The position numbers and the translations under genes were made by a program. Below, in pieces: positions 31,295-32,000 of a DNA stretch of 32,000 nt. The stretch's first letter is position 1. Each line of letters opens with the position of its first letter. This DNA is from Nitrosospira multiformis ATCC 25196. GTDB taxonomy: Bacteria > Pseudomonadota > Gammaproteobacteria > Burkholderiales > Nitrosomonadaceae. The stretch spans positions 2,130,001-2,162,000 of the forward strand of contig NC_007614.1 of assembly GCF_000196355.1 (NCBI RefSeq). Direction: 5' to 3'. Under the pieces are notes generated by a model that worked only from the letters and a program-made list of their open reading frames with translations, was not told the origin of the DNA and ran no database searches.

Positions 31295-31750
31295 TTATCT
31301 TGCCCGGCCGGCTTGATACAATTCACTTTGCATCTGGAGCTTCCGCCATCTCTCCTGGCGCTGCTTGGAGCGCTCCTCGTAGCTGCTCAATCGCTGCTTG
31401 CTTTCATGGCTTTTCTCGGCCCGCTCCTTACGCGCCTTCCTGCCCGCCCGACGCCTGGTCTCGACGGATCTTTCCTGTCCCAAGGCATCTTTCGGTCTCA
31501 CCTCCTCCGAAGCCTCTTCCCAAGGGCGCGATTCTCTCGGATTCGGCTGCAAGGGTTTCGTCTCCAACGGGTTGGCGGCCCATGGACGCACTTCCCAAGG
31601 CTTTGGCTCGCTGCCTTCCTTCCCGCGCTGTGCCTGGGTTTTCTGAGTCCCGGGCTTTCCCCACGGATTATCGTCAGATGCCGCAACGGGCTGTACGATC
31701 AACATCGCAAAACCGAGCGGTGCCATCAACCGGGTAAAATGCATGTTCAT
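31295..31750 (-). CDS. Hypothetical secreted/periplasmic low-complexity protein (W/P/R/E-rich)
   Basis: 151 aa; putative signal peptide FTRLMAPLGFAMLIVQPVAAS, then NPWGKP...KPWEVRPWAANPLETKPLQPNPRESRPWEE and an Arg/Glu-rich coiled tail. Confidence 0.6.
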   Translation of the reverse strand: MNMHFTRLMAPLGFAMLIVQPVAASDDNPWGKPGTQKTQAQRGKEGSEPKPWEVRPWAANPLETKPLQPNPRESRPWEEASEEVRPKDALGQERSVETRRRAGRKARKERAEKSHESKQRLSSYEERSKQRQERWRKLQMQSELYQAGRAR

Positions 31751-31792
31751 ATTCCATTACCTCCTTTCACAAGGTAACAATCCAATCATCGT

Positions 31793-32000
31793 TTATATCA
31801 GCCGCCCCTGTTGCGCAGGATAAAAAATTCTCACGCCCTCCGCCTGTGCCCATGGAGTCAGTGAATGCGGTTTTCGGCCGTGGTTATCGATGATGTCTTC
31901 CACCCGCACCCCCCGGACGACAAGCGCGTCCGCAATCAACGAACGATGGCATCGCCAGGGAACGGCCTCGGCGCACATCAATGCGCAGCGGTCATGGGCA
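31793..32000 (-). CDS. DUF488 family protein, C-terminal fragment (5' end outside the window)
   Basis: Minus-strand frame open to the window edge: AHDRCALMCAEAVPWRCHRSLIADALVVRGVRVEDIIDNHG, matching the DUF488 CAEA..CHR motif. Confidence 0.8.
   Translation of the reverse strand, partial: AHDRCALMCAEAVPWRCHRSLIADALVVRGVRVEDIIDNHGRKPHSLTPWAQAEGVRIFYPAQQGRLI

Overview
This 32 kb window looks like an ordinary chromosomal segment of a betaproteobacterium. Gene content and protein style suggest a Nitrosospira-like member of the Nitrosomonadaceae, but that is inference only. Most of it is conserved housekeeping: a (Fe-S)-binding protein plus rubrerythrin, a 2-hydroxyacid dehydrogenase, an EamA transporter, dapC-dapD-dapE, prmB, rluB, recR, an EbfC/YbaB gene, dnaX, the small SRP RNA, an initiator tRNA-fMet, the rimP-nusA-infB-rbfA-truB block, acs, an MBL-fold hydrolase, a TrmH-family methyltransferase, greB, glk, an mtfA-like gene, rmuC and a DUF488 fragment. 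I found no mobile element, CRISPR array, phage module or convincing new defence system. Items worth a second look: (1) acs is split by an apparent 2-bp insertion in a GCGC run. (2) A CopG/RHH-type antitoxin-like gene without an obvious toxin has an exact-length 15-codon tandem duplication at its C-terminus and its own UUCG-tetraloop terminator. (3) Two tandem paralogous response regulators have different outputs: an intact diguanylate cyclase, and a REC-PAS protein that stops where an output domain would be expected and overlaps truB convergently. (4) An mtfA-like gene is translationally overlapped with glk. (5) An orphan minus-strand terminator just upstream of the SRP RNA hints at an unannotated transcript. 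(6) A terminator-like hairpin lies immediately before rimP. (7) A small secreted W/P/R/E-rich protein has no family I recognise.
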